From Octopus sinensis (taxonomy: Eukaryota), in contig NC_043023.1 in assembly GCF_006345805.1 (NCBI RefSeq), forward strand, positions 20,212,001 through 20,276,000: a DNA stretch of 64,000 bases, given 5' to 3'. The position numbers and the translations under genes are program-made. The notes beneath the pieces were generated by a model that was not told where the DNA came from, did not search any database, and worked only from the letters and a program-made list of their open reading frames with translations. Shown here piece by piece: positions 35,753 to 49,202 of the stretch; the first letter of the stretch is position 1; each line of letters opens with the position of its first letter.

Positions 35753-36222
35753 CCTTTGTGTGCGTTTATAGTATGTCCACCACCACCACTGTATGTGTGT
35801 ATGTGTGTGTGTGTGTGTGTGTCTGTAGTTATTGATATTCGGCAGAAGTGTCAGTGACTCAAAGACTGAAAGTTTCGTGTGTCAGTATTTGTCAAATTCC
35901 AAATACCTGTGTGTATATACTTACATAAATATGTATATAGTAAAAATATACCGTGGGGAGTGGAATATCTGACATTTCGGATTCAGGATTCAATCCTTCT
36001 CCTCCTCCGTCAGGGGACAGAGAAAAAGAGGAGGATGGAATCTGAAATATTGGATATTCCACTCCCCATTCACTTTTCTCTCATATTTTTTTCAACTCTT
36101 GCCGACACAGAGCTATCAAATTATTTGCAGGATTATTATTATTATATATGTATGTATATATATATGTATGTGTGTATATATGTATGTGTGTATATATGTC
36201 TGTATATATGTATGTAGATATA

Positions 36223-36523
36223 TGGAGGCGCAATGGCCCAGTGGTTAGGGCAGCAGACTCGCGGTTTCGATTCCCAGACCGGGCGTTGTGAGTGTTTATT
36301 GAGTGAAAAACACCTAAAGCTCCACGAGGCTCCAGCAGGGGCTGGTGGCGATCCCTGCTGTACCCTTTCACCACAACTTTCTCCCACTCTTCTCTCTTCT
36401 GTCGGCCTGCTCGCTTAGCCAGCGGGGTGGCATCATTTGAAGGCTCGAACAATGTGAAGCGCATTGTGACCAGCGATGTGTAACAAACACCATCTGATAG
36501 CCTGGTCGGTCACATTGATCATG

Positions 36524-36530
<7 letters not shown>
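36223..36530 (+). mobile_element. SINE family C, near full length
   Basis: ggaggcgcaatggcccagtggttagggcagc...ggtttcgattcccagaccgggcg... ending in catggtgatatata. Confidence 0.9.
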
Positions 36531-36565
<35 letters not shown>

Positions 36566-36722
36566 GATTGTATATGATACACTTTTATCAACAAAATTTT
36601 CGTCTACATCCTCAAGAACTTGTATCGGTTAACATTCATTGAAAGAAAAGAGCTGCATTTTTTTCAGAAAGTTGAGGAGAAACGTGATCGAAGTTGGAGG
36701 GGAGGGGCTAATCTATAGTTAC

Positions 36723-36754
<32 letters not shown>

Positions 36755-36914
36755 CCCGGTCCCTTGGATTTATGTCTTTGTAAAGAAGTTTCTTGGTGGT
36801 GTCTTTAAAATTGAAAGGTGTTGTTTCCGGCCACGACCATCATGTATCAACGTGAGGAAATTGTGTAACAATGTCTCCTTTTGTGTCTTTAATGATGGCA
36901 TGAAGCGATTAGGC

Positions 36915-37310
36915 TGCTTTTTCTAACAGGTCGAGCTATCGTGTAGAGGTCTCTCCCTCATTGGTTTAGACCTACATGAAACTGTAGGGTGTGATTTGAG
37001 GGAAAAGTGGCTGCTATTTCTAACAGGTCTCATACATATATACATAGATAAGACAGTTGGGTGTGATTTGAGAGAGATTTAGCTGCTATTTCTACCAAGT
37101 CCGGTAGAGGTCTCCTTCATTGGCTCATACATACATATATACATAGATAAGAGAGTAGGGTGTGATTTGAGGGAGATTTAGCTGCTATTTCTACCAGGTC
37201 TAGCTACCATGTAGAGGTCTCCCTCATTGCCTCATACATACATATATACATAGATAAGAGAGTAGGGTGTGATTTGAGGGAGATTTGGCTGCTATTTCTA
37301 GCAGGTCTCA
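36915..37310. repeat. Minisatellite of a ~70-100-bp unit (4-5 copies)
   Basis: gggtgtgatttgag.gagattt.gctgctatttcta recurs, with catacatatatacatagataaga spacers. Confidence 0.88.
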
Positions 37311-37994
37311 ATTCACTTTGGCTGGAATTGAACTTGGAATGTGTTCAGAGCTAGAACAACCATAAACACACTAACTGCAGATAAATACTCAAACTATACA
37401 CCTTGTAATCTGCTGTCATATTTAAAGGAATGATGTATATAAAAAAAATGACAACCGATGGTGGCGTGGCTATGCTCCCGTAACATAGCGGTTCGGCAAA
37501 AGCGACTGATAGAATAAGTACTAGACTTACAAAGAATAAGTCCTGGGGTCAATTCGTTCAACTAAAAGTGGTGCTCCAGCATGGCCACAGTCAAATGACT
37601 GAAACAAATGAATTAATAATAAAAAATATATATATATACACACACACACACACAATTGCATTATTATATACACCCTCTTATTTCTGAATATTTTTTCTAC
37701 AGAAGGAAGAAATGAATACATTTTTATAATAATTCTTTTAAATCCCAGCAGAATACCAGTAATTCTGAGGGGGTGAGGGTCAGTGGATAGGATTGATCCC
37801 TGTACTTCACTGATACTTTCTTTATTGACTCGGGAACGGCAAAAGTCAATATGCCGCAGTACATGGAGCCCCCCTCCTTCCTACCCCCCACCAGTGCTCT
37901 AACGATTCTCCAACTTCACCACGTTACATAATAATAATGATGATAATAATTAATTCGTTTATTGGCCTCAAGAGCTAACAAAAATCAATTAAAA

Positions 37995-38270
37995 CATTAT
38001 CATCATCATCGTTTAACGTCCGTTTTCCATGCTGGCATGGGTTGGACGGTTCAACTGGGGTCTGGGAAGCCAGAAGGCTGCACCAGGCCCAGTCTGATCT
38101 GGCAGTGTTTCTACAGCTGGATGCCCTTCCTAACGCCAACCACTCCGTGAGTGCGTTTTACGTGCCAGACGAGGCTGGCAAACAGCCACGGACGGATGGT
38201 GCTTTTTACATGCCACCAGCACGGAGGCCAGGCGAGGCTGGCACGGCAACGATCGGATGGTGTTTGTTAC
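37995..38270 (-). mobile_element. RTE 3' tail
   Basis: catcatcatcgtttaacgtccgttttccatgctggcatgggttggacgg... Confidence 0.78.
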
Positions 38271-38394
38271 AGATGGAAACATAAAGGGACAAAACAGAGG
38301 CTGAAAGTTAGAAAGGGTTTTGTCCGTTTAATAAAAATTATAATAATCCTTTCTGTTATAAGTACAATCTGTGAGATGGTTTTGAGGAGGGGGG

Positions 38395-39190
38395 GGGCTA
38401 GTCGATTACAATTGACCCCCAGTACTCAATTGGTACCCATTTTTTTTATCAATTCTGAAAGGACGAAAGACTAAGAGAAAGGAAATGCCGCTAAACCTGT
38501 TGTCTACTAATTCTGCCTGCTTACCATCTGATGATGATGATGATGATGAAGATAATCTTTGTTACTAACGGCACAAGGCCTGGAATTTGGTGGGCAGCGG
38601 GACAAGTTGGTCATATAGACCCCAGTGTTTCACTGGTACTTAATTTATTGATCCCTGAAAGGATGAAGGGCAAATTCGACCTCAACGGAATTTGAACTCG
38701 GAATGGAGCGACGGAAGAAGTAACATCAAGCACTTTGTCCAGTGTGCTAACGATTCTGCCAGCTCACCTCCTTAATAATAATAATAATAATGATGATGAT
38801 GATGGTTTCAAATTTTGCCAGAAGGGCAGCAGTTTTGAGGGAAGTAGTTAATTTATCGACCCCCAAAAGGATGAAAAGCAAAGTTGAGCCAATTGGGATT
38901 TGAACCCAGAACATAGTGACTGGCAAAATACTGCTAAGCGTTTCATTCAGCCTGCTATATAATTCTATCAGTTCACCGCCTTCTTAATAATAATAATAAT
39001 AATAATCTTTTTCTACTAAAGGCACAAGGCTTGAAATTTGTAGGGAGGGCATGAGTCAATTACATTGACCCCAGTGTATCACTGGTACTGAAAGGCAAAG
39101 TCAAACCTCAGCAGAGTTTGTAGTTGAAATGTAAAGATGGACGAAATACCGGGAAGCATTTTTCCTGGCATGTTAAGAATTCTACCAACT
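38395..39190 (-). mobile_element. Cluster of about four same-orientation SINE family B copies with (AAT)n/(GAT)n spacers
   Basis: Repeated gaccccagt...gtact.aattt...gaaaggatgaa..gcaaa blocks. Confidence 0.8.
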
Positions 39191-39912
39191 CACGGCCTTC
39201 TCCAAGTCCACCACGTGGTAGAATAATAGTAATGGACTCTTCCCGTCGAACACCTCTTGTGAGCATTCAGCTGTTTCGCTGAATGACGTGCACGGATGAT
39301 TTGTTTCATAGTGATCAAATGTCCTTTGCCACACATTAAGTTCTCGTGCCCTCCATCAATGTGCCACGCGTCGGGGGTCAAAGTGATTGCAGAGCAAAAG
39401 GTTTTGCCCCGGAAAACAACACACCACCCAGTCTAGGAATTGAAACCACAACCTCATAATCGTGAGTGCAACATCCTAACCACTAAGCCATGTCTGTGGA
39501 GCACTCGGCTACTTACCAGCACTTTAATTCCACAAGCAGGCTGGCTGTTCCGTCGACCAGAGCAACTGCAACTCTCGTCATCGTAACCGGTGGAGTTCCG
39601 GCTTGTCGTATATTCGCACCATTGACCCAGGTTGTTTGTGATTTGGTCTCGTTTTATTGTCTGTCCCCTTCACTGCCCTTTGCATTTGCTCACTCAAACC
39701 CCTGCAGTCCTTTTTGCTGCTGTTGACACCCCCAAAATAATCTCATCAGTAAAGGTGCAAAATTAAGATTTTTCAATGATAACCGATGAAGGATGAGCAT
39801 GTCCACAATGGGGTGTAGGGATTTTCCTGGGGTTTCTTTTGGTTGTGTGAGGGATTTTACTGGGTCCCTTTGTTGTACTTCTGTGCAAAATTTTAATCAC
39901 ATCAAGCACACA

Positions 39913-39955
<43 letters not shown>

Positions 39956-40062
39956 CAAGACAAGGTATAAATAACGGCCATTACCTATTTCTCTATACTG
40001 TAGTAAACTTGACTTGCAGCTGTTTCCAGTAGCGATTTTAGGTTCATTATTGGCAGGTTTAC

Positions 40063-40292
40063 AGGCAAGCTGGCAGAAACGTTAGCATGCCGGGCAAAAT
40101 GCGTAGCTGTATTTCGTCTGCCGTTACGTTCTGGGTTCAAATTCCGCTGAGGTTGACTTTGCCTTTCATCCTTTCGGGGTCGATAAATTAAGTACCAGTT
40201 ACGCACTGGGGTCGATGTAATCGACTTAATCCCTTTGTCTGTCCTTGTTTGTCCCCTCTTTGTTTAGCCCCTTGTGGGTAGTAAAGAAACAT
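40063..40292 (+). mobile_element. SINE family B, young-looking full copy
   Basis: ggcaagctggcagaaacgttagc through ccccttgtgggtagtaaagaaac. Confidence 0.9.
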
Positions 40293-40544
40293 ATTGGCAG
40301 GTTTACTCTGTCGGCTCATTGACCAGTTGGGAAATGTTGAATGACCTAAAATGCTACTTCCATCAGAACCATGATGAACAATAACCTTAGACCCTGCCAC
40401 AAGAATACACAAAGTTCTTTATCAATCTAAACCATGGTGTTTGCCTGGTGTACAAACAGAAAGCGTGGATTGATAATCTCTCACTAATAACACTCTCTCT
40501 CTCTCTCTCTCTCTATACATGTATACACATAGACCAGCGGGATG

Positions 40545-40618
<74 letters not shown>

Positions 40619-40832
40619 ATGATGATGATGATATATATATTAGAAGAAATGAGGTATTCAGAAGATCGGATGGTTTATATTTACAGATATTTATTTATAT
40701 ATTACATTTTTTATATATATATCATGTCATTTAGATCATTAGCGCTTTCTCCCATTCTAGTGGGGTTTTCAAATCAAACTCTATATATATATATATATAT
40801 AAAGGTAAGTAGAGTTCGCGGTTGGAGTAACC

Positions 40833-41051
40833 GTCTAAGGCAGTGCTTTTCAAACTTTTTGGTGGAGCGGAACCCCAAGGAAACATTCCACTGGCTCGAG
40901 GAACCCCTGTGCAATAATTTAATAGTCTTATGCACACATATCTGCACAGGAGACTTAAAAATTACTGTCGATTTTAGCAGTTTTGTAACTTCTTGCGGAA
41001 CCCCTGGACTGTACTGGCGGAACCCTGGTTGAAAACCACTGATATATATAT

Positions 41052-41129
<78 letters not shown>

Positions 41130-41317
41130 GCAGTGCTTTTCAAACTTTTTGCTGGAGCGGGACCCCAAGGAAACATTCCACTGGCTTGGGGAACCCCTGT
41201 GCAATAATTTAATAGTCTTATGCACACATATCTGCACAGGAGACTTAAAAATTACTGCCGATTTTAGCAGTTTTGTAATTTCTTGCGGAATCCTGGTTGA
41301 AAACCACTGGTCTAAGG
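40833..41317 (+). mobile_element. Two hAT-type MITEs (40841-41041 and 41131-41309) around a microsatellite, bracketed by one 8-bp TSD GTCTAAGG
   Basis: TIRs cagtgcttttcaaac / ggttgaaaaccactg on each copy. gtctaagg lies at 40833-40840 and 41310-41317. An 8-bp TSD and CAG...CTG ends are hAT hallmarks. Confidence 0.85.
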
Positions 41318-41657
41318 TATAAGAATATCCGTTCTTACTGCCAGTATCATTTGCTTGTGTTAACCCTGGGCAGGCATGCTATGCTCACAGGGGACAGGTA
41401 ACAACAGAATCAACAAGAGTTTTTCAGAAATCAAATGGAGAAAATTTTTGATCAACAAACAAACAAATTGACCGACATCTGTGGATTACTTCATTTTTTT
41501 TTTTTTAAATACAAAACACTTCAAAGTTTTTTATCAAAAAATAATTAACCGATGTTGGTCCATCTGTTTGTTGATCAAGTTTTCTCCATTCCTGCTTATT
41601 TTAAATTTTATATGTATGTATATCTATCTATATATACACACACACACACACACACAT

Positions 41658-41720
41658 AGAGGTCGTCGTTGACTTACAACCACAATTGGTTCCGACTGAC
41701 CGGTCTCGTAAGTTGACCTA
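41658..41720 (+). mobile_element. Possible Tigger/pogo-like terminal fragment
   Basis: ta-gaggtcgtcgttgacttacaaccac resembles the CAG(G)TAGTCCTCGACTTAC type of pogo TIR. I found no partner end. Confidence 0.35.
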
Positions 41721-42075
41721 TAAGCCTACATAGCTTTCTCAGATAAAAGTCACACACAGCATTTTGTATTATCCTATTATACCGGCGTTAGTCAAAAATT
41801 TCTGAATCTCAAGCAGTCGGCTTATAAACAGACACAAGATTGCTTAAATGAGAACAGCTTTTTTGTGGTTTGGGACTTAACTACCATTTCTAGCATGATG
41901 GAAAACCACTTTGTGGCTTTCCCTCTCTGTATGACTCTTGTACACACACACACACACACACATAATGTAACAATATTTGCAGTCTACGGACATTTTTACT
42001 CACGCTGGCCACTGTAAAAAATTCGTGTTTAATTTTTACCCTATATTTAAAATTCTATATATTTATATATATATA

Positions 42076-42495
42076 GGTGCAGGAATGGCTGTGTGATAAG
42101 TAGCTTGCTTACCAACCACATGGTTCTGGGTTCAGTCCCACTGCGTGGCACCTTGGGCAAGTGTCTTCTGCTATAGCCTCGAGCTGACCAAAGCCTTGTG
42201 AGTGGATTTGGTAGAAGGAAACTGAAAGAAGCCTGTCGTATATATGTATATATATATATATATATTATTATATATATGTATGTATGTTTGTGTGTCTGTA
42301 TTTGTCCCCCCAACATCGCTTGACAACCGATGCTGGTGTGTTTACGTCACCGTCACTTAGCGGTTCGGCAAAAGAGACCGATAGAATAAGTACTGGGCTT
42401 ACAAAAGAATAAGTCCCGGGGTCGATTTGCTCGACTAAAGGCGGTGCTCCAGCATGGCCGCAGTCAAATGACTGAAACAAGTAAAAGAGTAAAAA
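42076..42495 (+). mobile_element. SINE family A, full length
   Basis: ggtgcaggaatggctgtgtg head to aagtaaaagagtaaaaaa tail. Confidence 0.9.
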
Positions 42496-42934
42496 AAAAA
42501 ATAGTAAAAGATATATATATATATATATACACACACAATGCATTGCCGAATCCAGGAATTGAACCTATGATTGCTAGATATGAATGTACCATTCTAACCA
42601 CTATACCAAACACCTTCACATATATACACATACATATAGAATTTGCATGTATAGATATATGGATTTATATGTGTGTGTGTGTGTGTCTGATATATATTCT
42701 TTAATTTGTTTTTCGACATTTCACGGCGGCCATACTGGAGCACCACCTTGAAGGGTTTTTTAGTGGAACACATCGAACCCTGCCTTCTCGCCGGACTTGT
42801 TCTGTTGGTCTCTTTTGCCGAACTGCTAAGTTACAGCACTGTAGACACGCCAAACAATGTCAAGCAGTGGTGGAGAAACAAAACACCAACACAAAGACGC
42901 AAATATATACATAAAGATGGGATGAGGTGGTGAA

Positions 42935-43400
42935 GTATGGCCTTCGAATGACAAGCAACCGAGACCCTTTGGAGATCTGCTCTGCTTGAGAAGATCTGGC
43001 AAGCTAAGCGAGATCGTAGCCATTGATCGATGCCAGTGTCGCGTTACCAGCCCCTATAAAAGAGCCCTTCAGTCATTGGGCAGTATGCTGTGCTTGAGAA
43101 GACCTATTGAGTCAAGTGAAATCGTAGTTGTGGCCCATGCTAGTGCCGCCTTACTAGCTCCTGTGCCTGTGGCATGTAAAAAGCACCATTTGAGTATGGC
43201 TATTGGCAGTGCCACCTGACTGGCCTCCGTGCCGGTGGAACATATAGAGCAACCACTACACTCTCGAAGTGGTTGGTGTTAGGAAGAGCATTCTGCTGTA
43301 AGAAACCTGACCGGATCAGATTGGAGCCTGGTGCAGCTTCCTGGCTGTCCTCGGTCAAACTATGCGATCCATGCCAGCATGGAAAGCATGTTGATGATGT
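42935..43400 (+). mobile_element. RTE LINE 3' end with a duplicated ORF2 terminus and complete tail
   Basis: gctgtgcttgagaagac-like block occurs twice, then gtaaaaagcacc...gttaggaagagcatt...catgccagcatggaaa..gatgatg. It is homologous to the reverse complement of 25450-25560. Confidence 0.7.
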
Positions 43401-43565
43401 ACAATGGGCTTCTTTCAGTTTCTGTCTACCAAATCCACTCACAAGGCTTTGGTCAGCCCGAGGCTATAGTAGAAGACACTTGCCCAAGGTGCCACGCAGT
43501 GGGACTGAACCCAGAACCATGTGGTTGGTAAACAAGCTACTTACCACACGGCCACTCCTGCGCCT

Positions 43566-43598
<33 letters not shown>

Positions 43599-45482
43599 TA
43601 TATATGCTAGCATGTATGTGAACTTTTTGCCTTCCCATTCACTGTATTTAAACAAAAGTCATCTCATCCAAACAAGTTTGTAGACACTTAGTCTTCCACA
43701 CACACACACACAAGATGCTTTCTACTGATATGCACGTGTGTGTATGTATATACATCTATATACACACTCACACACACGCATATACACATATATATTTGAC
43801 CATTAAGTTGGTGTGGGCTCACGTACCATACGAACATATATATAGACTGTGCATACATGTATATATATATGTGAGTGTGTATGTATGTATATATATATAT
43901 ATGTGTGTGTGTGTATTTATATATCTATATCTACACACTTCTACGATTTTATTATAAACAATATGGATCAATACTTTTGATCTCAAAATGTATTTAGAAA
44001 GCTATAATGTTTATTGTTCATGTGTGTGTGTGTGTGTGTGTCTCTCTCTCTGTCTATATATATATATATACACACACACACACGTGTATATGTCTATATA
44101 TGTGTGTGTGTGTGTAAATGAATGTATGTATATATGTTCAAATATCTTTGTACTATGCCCATATATATATATGTATGTATGTATAATGTTCATATAAGTA
44201 TTTATATATTCATATTTGTGTTATATATATATATATATATGAATTTTCAAATATAATCTTTGTTTGCATATATATGTGCTCCAGTGTATGTGCATGTTTG
44301 TATGAGTATACAAGTGTGTATATATATATATATATAATATATATATATATATATAAATGTATATAAATGTATATATGGGTTTGTATCTTTGGATGTATAT
44401 ATTTGTGTGTGTGTATATATATGTTTATTTATACAAAGAAGTGGAATACGACTCACATCGTTGTTTATTATGTATTTACATTTACAGCCATGAAACGCTA
44501 TCAACTTTTAGGCCCTGAAGTCATTGATATAGTTTTACGGCCATTAAATATACATACATTTATATGTGTGGATATGTGTATGTATATACATCTATATTGG
44601 TATGTAGGTGCAGGCATGACTGTGTGGTAAAAAAGCTTGCTTCCCAACCACTTGGTTCTGGGTTCAGTCCCCCTGTGTGGCATCTTGGGCAAGTGCCTTC
44701 TACTGTAGCCTCAGGCCGACCAAAGCCTTGTGAGTGGATTTGGTAGATGGAAACTGAAAGAAGACCATTGTATATATGTAATGTTGGTGTATCTGTGGTT
44801 GTCCCCTTCACCATTCCTTGACAACCGATGTTGGTGTGTTTACGTCCCCATAACTTAGTGATTTGGCAAAAGAGATCGATGGAATGAGTACTAGGTTTAC
44901 AAAGAATAAGTGCTGGGCTCAGTTTGTTCGACTAAAGGTGGTGCTCCAGCATAGCCACAGTCAAGATAACTGAAACAAGTAAAAGAAAAAGAAAAGAATA
45001 TATGAATGTGTGTGTGTGGAAGAAACAAGAATTTTTATTAATCCCTACAACTGTTTCGCCCCATCTCGCATTGATCCCTGACGAGTGCAATTCTCAGCAA
45101 CTGATTCAGGAGCATCCAACAGTGTAGATGTGTCTCTTCAGGTGATAATTAGAGATGGCTCGTTAAAGTAACGGTTCTGCAATGTATCTTCTCATTTCAT
45201 GTAAAGAAAAGCAGAAAATTAAAGGATATATACACACACACACGCGCGATGATGATATATATAAACACACATATATACATATATAAACATACACACACAC
45301 ATATATATTAGAAACAGAAAGTCCTTGGTACAGTATAATGCATTTGAAATATAGATCTATTGGTGTGTGTATGTATGTGTCAGGGTTTGTCCACCGCCAA
45401 TGGTTGGCAACCGGTGTTGTTTTGTTTTTGTCCATATAATGTGCAGTTCCGTCCAACAGACTAAATTAGTAGTGTGGCCGAA

Positions 45483-45690
45483 TCCAGTGCTGCCTGACTG
45501 GCCTTCGTGCTGGTGGCATATAAAAACCACCCACTACACACTCGGAGTGGTTGGATTTGGAAGGGCATCCAGCTGTAGAAACTCTGCCAGATCAGATAGG
45601 AGCCTGGTGCTGCTGCTGGCTCTCCAGGCTTCAGTCAAACCGTCCAACCCATGCCAGCATAGAAAACGGAAGTTAAACGATGATGATGAT
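45483..45690 (+). mobile_element. RTE 3' tail
   Basis: ggaagggcatccagctgtagaaac...gttaaacgatgatgatgat. Another copy lies at ~46075-46210. Confidence 0.75.
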
Positions 45691-45705
45691 ATATATATAT
45701 AGAGA

Positions 45706-45753
<48 letters not shown>

Positions 45754-46248
45754 TATGTATGCTTCTATGAATATATATAAAGTTAAATACTGACACAGTG
45801 GCATACACACACACATACATCAAGGTGTAGGAAGTAAGGAAGCTTCAAGCAATCCATAGAAATAGAAAAAAAATTAACTTTCAGGAACAAGAGTGGTTTA
45901 CCGAGGCGGCAGGTTGTGGATTTTTCCTGTATCGGAGTACAATTATTTTATATTTCCTGGTTGGCATCGAGGGTTGCCAGGTGTGCGAATAAAAATACCT
46001 CGGAAGAGGTTCCGCTCGATATGAAACCTTTGGAGCCTGGGTTTCGACTCCATTCCTTAACTCGGAGGGGCTGGCAGTAGGAAGGGCATCCAGCAGTAGA
46101 AACCTTGCCAAATCAGATTGGAGCCTGGTGCAGCCTCCTGGGTTGCCAGTCCTCAATCAAACCGTCCAACCCATGCCAGCATGGAAAACGGACGTTAAAC
46201 AATGATGATACATATATATATATATACAAATTGAGATAGGGGTTGTGG

Positions 46249-46281
<33 letters not shown>

Positions 46282-46574
46282 TATATATATATTTGTGCAT
46301 AGATTAGGTTTGTTTATATACAATTTTATACACACACGTGTATTTCAACACGTCCTGTTCAACTCCTACAGGATATTAAATAATGTGTCTATAATATATA
46401 TATATACACACATATATATACATACAGTCACACCAGTGTTTATGTAGCTGTTAAGCTAAGCAGCAGTGTTAAATTCAAAGTGAAGCAGTGTATGTTTATA
46501 TGTGTGCATATATAAATGTATGTATATGTGCATGTGTGTATGCGTGTAGTTGTTTGTGAGTCTGACCTTGTAAC

Positions 46575-46970
46575 TGTATATATAATTATCTGTGTGTGTG
46601 TGTATATTTTTGCCTGTGTATATAATTATGTGTTTCTGTGTTTATATCTTTACACATGGGTGTATAATTATTGCAACAGCATGTGTGTATAATTACGTCT
46701 GGGTATATAATTGTGTATATACATGCGTGCATCAGCGTTTATGTATGTTTACTTGTATATAATTACATCCTCTATATGCGTAGATAATTACATTTGTGTA
46801 TATAATTACGTGTGTATATATTTGCATCCATCTTTACGCGTCTGTACATAATTTTATGGTTGTGTGTGTTTTTATATATGCGTATATATGTACGTGGGTG
46901 TATATATTTATGTATATATAGTGTGTGTTAATTTTAAGTGTGTATACATAAGTGCTTGTATAATTTGTGT
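46575..46970. repeat. Degenerate minisatellite with a (G)TATAATTA core (~10 copies)
   Basis: tataatta/gataatta/cataattt recur roughly every 25-40 bp in TG-rich sequence. Confidence 0.7.
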
Positions 46971-47033
46971 GTGTATATATTTGTATGCATATACGTCTGT
47001 CTGTAGAGCTGCATACAAATGTTTATCTGTAAA

Positions 47034-47067
<34 letters not shown>

Positions 47068-47341
47068 CATACATACACACACACATACTAAACTTTGTCA
47101 GTATATGAAAACATGCCTTCTTGCAGCTCTGAGGGTTTTTAGTTCTTATTTCTAGCGATGTAGGTGGTACTCGAATGGTCTTGTCCATTGTTGCTTGTGC
47201 TGCTAGGCAGGTGTTCTTAGGGTATGTACATGTCTGCGGTGTACTCAGCCAGCTATATGGTTAGTTATGAAGGAAGTAGATCAATTGATAGAATGACTCG
47301 TCAGAACTGATGGAATTCCATTTATTTGATATACACACCCA

Positions 47342-47391
<50 letters not shown>

Positions 47392-47411
47392 CACACACAC
47401 ATATATATGTA

Positions 47412-47820
47412 AGGTGGCGAGCTGGCAGAACTGATAGCACGCCGGGCGAAATGCTTGGTGGTATTTCGTCTGCGTTACGTTGTGAGTTGTGGGTTCAAAT
47501 TCCGCCGAGGCTGACTTTGCCTTTCATCCTTTCGGGGTCAATAAATTAAGTACCAGTTACGCACTGGGGTCGATGTAATCGACTTAATACCTATGTCTGT
47601 CCTTGTCTGTCCCCTCTGTGTTTAGCCCCTTGTGGGTAGTAAAGAAATAGGTATTTCGTTGAGTTCAAATTCCACCGAGGTAGACTTTGCCTTTCACCCT
47701 TTCGAGGGTCGATTAAATAAGTACCAGTTACGCACTGAGGTCGATGTAATTGACTTAATCCCTTTGTCTGTCTTTGTTTGTCCCCTCTATAATTAGCCCC
47801 TTCTGGGCAGTAAAGAAATA
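47412..47820 (+). mobile_element. Two tandem SINE family B copies (second 5'-truncated)
   Basis: The tail ccccttgtgggtagtaaagaaataggtatttcg runs directly into a second body. Confidence 0.85.
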
Positions 47821-48461
47821 CATATGATAGATAATGGGTGTGTGTTGTATATATGTGTAGATGTTGCCTTTGGTATAGATGAAGGTTGGATGGTCATGGT
47901 TGGAACATCTCTCAGATCAAGGCTGACCTGGACCTTATCCTGTGTGTCGAACCCTATCTTCAGTATCCAACCTCCTCTCAATCAGTTTCTGTCCCCACCC
48001 AGCATTTCAGCCCCCACTCCTCCAAGTTGAGTTGCTACTCCCTATTCCACTTTCACTCAGCAAGGTGCTACTTGGCCATGTAACATCTCTCCCTTTCCTT
48101 CCTTGCCCATCACTAAGTAATCCCTGCAAGGTTCTCTTTCTCTCTCCAAGACCCTGCTCCATTCCTCACCTCCATTCTTGACCCCTATATCACTTGCCCC
48201 CGCCATACTCTCAGTCATTGTTTCACAATCTCTTTTCCTACATTTTGGGGCAGGACCCCTTATCGAAAAACTCAATAATTCACCCATTCCCCCCAGTTTT
48301 GCTTCTGTGCCATGCCTCAAAAACTCTCCCTTTTTTCTACTAAATTCCCTTCCTGCCCCCATTTTCTACCTTCCCCCTTTTGCACCATCAGGTTCATAAA
48401 TGGGGCTTACTGACCCCCTATGATGATGTGCTTTGTCTTGAAGGATCCATGGGAAAATAAA

Positions 48462-48847
48462 GGCGCAGGAGTGGCTGTGTGGTAAGTAGCTTGCTAACCA
48501 ACCACATGGTTCCGGGTTCAGTCCCACTGCGTGGCACCTTGGGCAAGTGTCTTCTACTATAGCCGACCAATGCCTTGTGAGTGGATTTGGTAGACGGAAA
48601 CTGAAAGAAGCCTGTCGTATATATATATATATGTTTGTATGTGTGTGTGTCTGTGTTTGTCCCCCTAGCATTGCTTGACAACCGATGTTGGTGTGTTTAC
48701 GTCCCCGTCACTTAGCGGTTCGGCAAAAAGAGACCGATAGAATAAGTACTGGGCTTACAAAGAATAAGTCCCGGGGTCGATATGCTCGACTAAAGGCGGT
48801 GCTCCAGCATGGCCGCAGTCAAAATGACTGAAACAAGTAAAAGAGAT
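48462..48847 (+). mobile_element. SINE family A, near full length
   Basis: ggcgcaggagtggctgtgtggtaag to gactgaaacaagtaaaagag. Confidence 0.9.
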
Positions 48848-49159
48848 GATGGACCCTGTTCCCTCCTTTCACCTTTCTTGTGATATTTCTTTGTCAGTGA
48901 AATAAGGCTGAGTGTCCCACAGCTGTCTTCTTTCTCAGAAGGGCCAAAGGAAACACTTCACAGTTTCGTGTTTAATATGTTAGCTAGGGGTGCAGGCGTG
49001 ATTGTGTGGTAAGAAGTTTGGTTTCCAACCACATGGTTCCAGGTTCAGTCCCTCTGTGTGGCACGTTGGGCAAGTGTCTTCCACTGTAGCCTTTGGTTGA
49101 CCAAAACTTTGTGAGTGAATTTGGTAAACGGAAACTGAAAGAAGCCTGTTGTATATATA

Positions 49160-49202
<43 letters not shown>

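Noticed and set aside
36223-36300. tRNA genes at SINE heads (A and B boxes present)
   Set aside because: Each head continues into a SINE body, and I could not fold a complete cloverleaf with acceptor stem and terminator.
45045-45120. CGAAAC-AGTT-GTA on the minus strand with an upstream CTGAATC
   Set aside because: The 5' core is not CUGANGA. The CTGACGA here is on the opposite strand and has no GAAA partner.
48057-48362. 101-aa minus-strand ORF in non-microsatellite sequence
   Set aside because: No recognisable motif and no convincing splice sites. It may be an old LINE relic, but I cannot support that.
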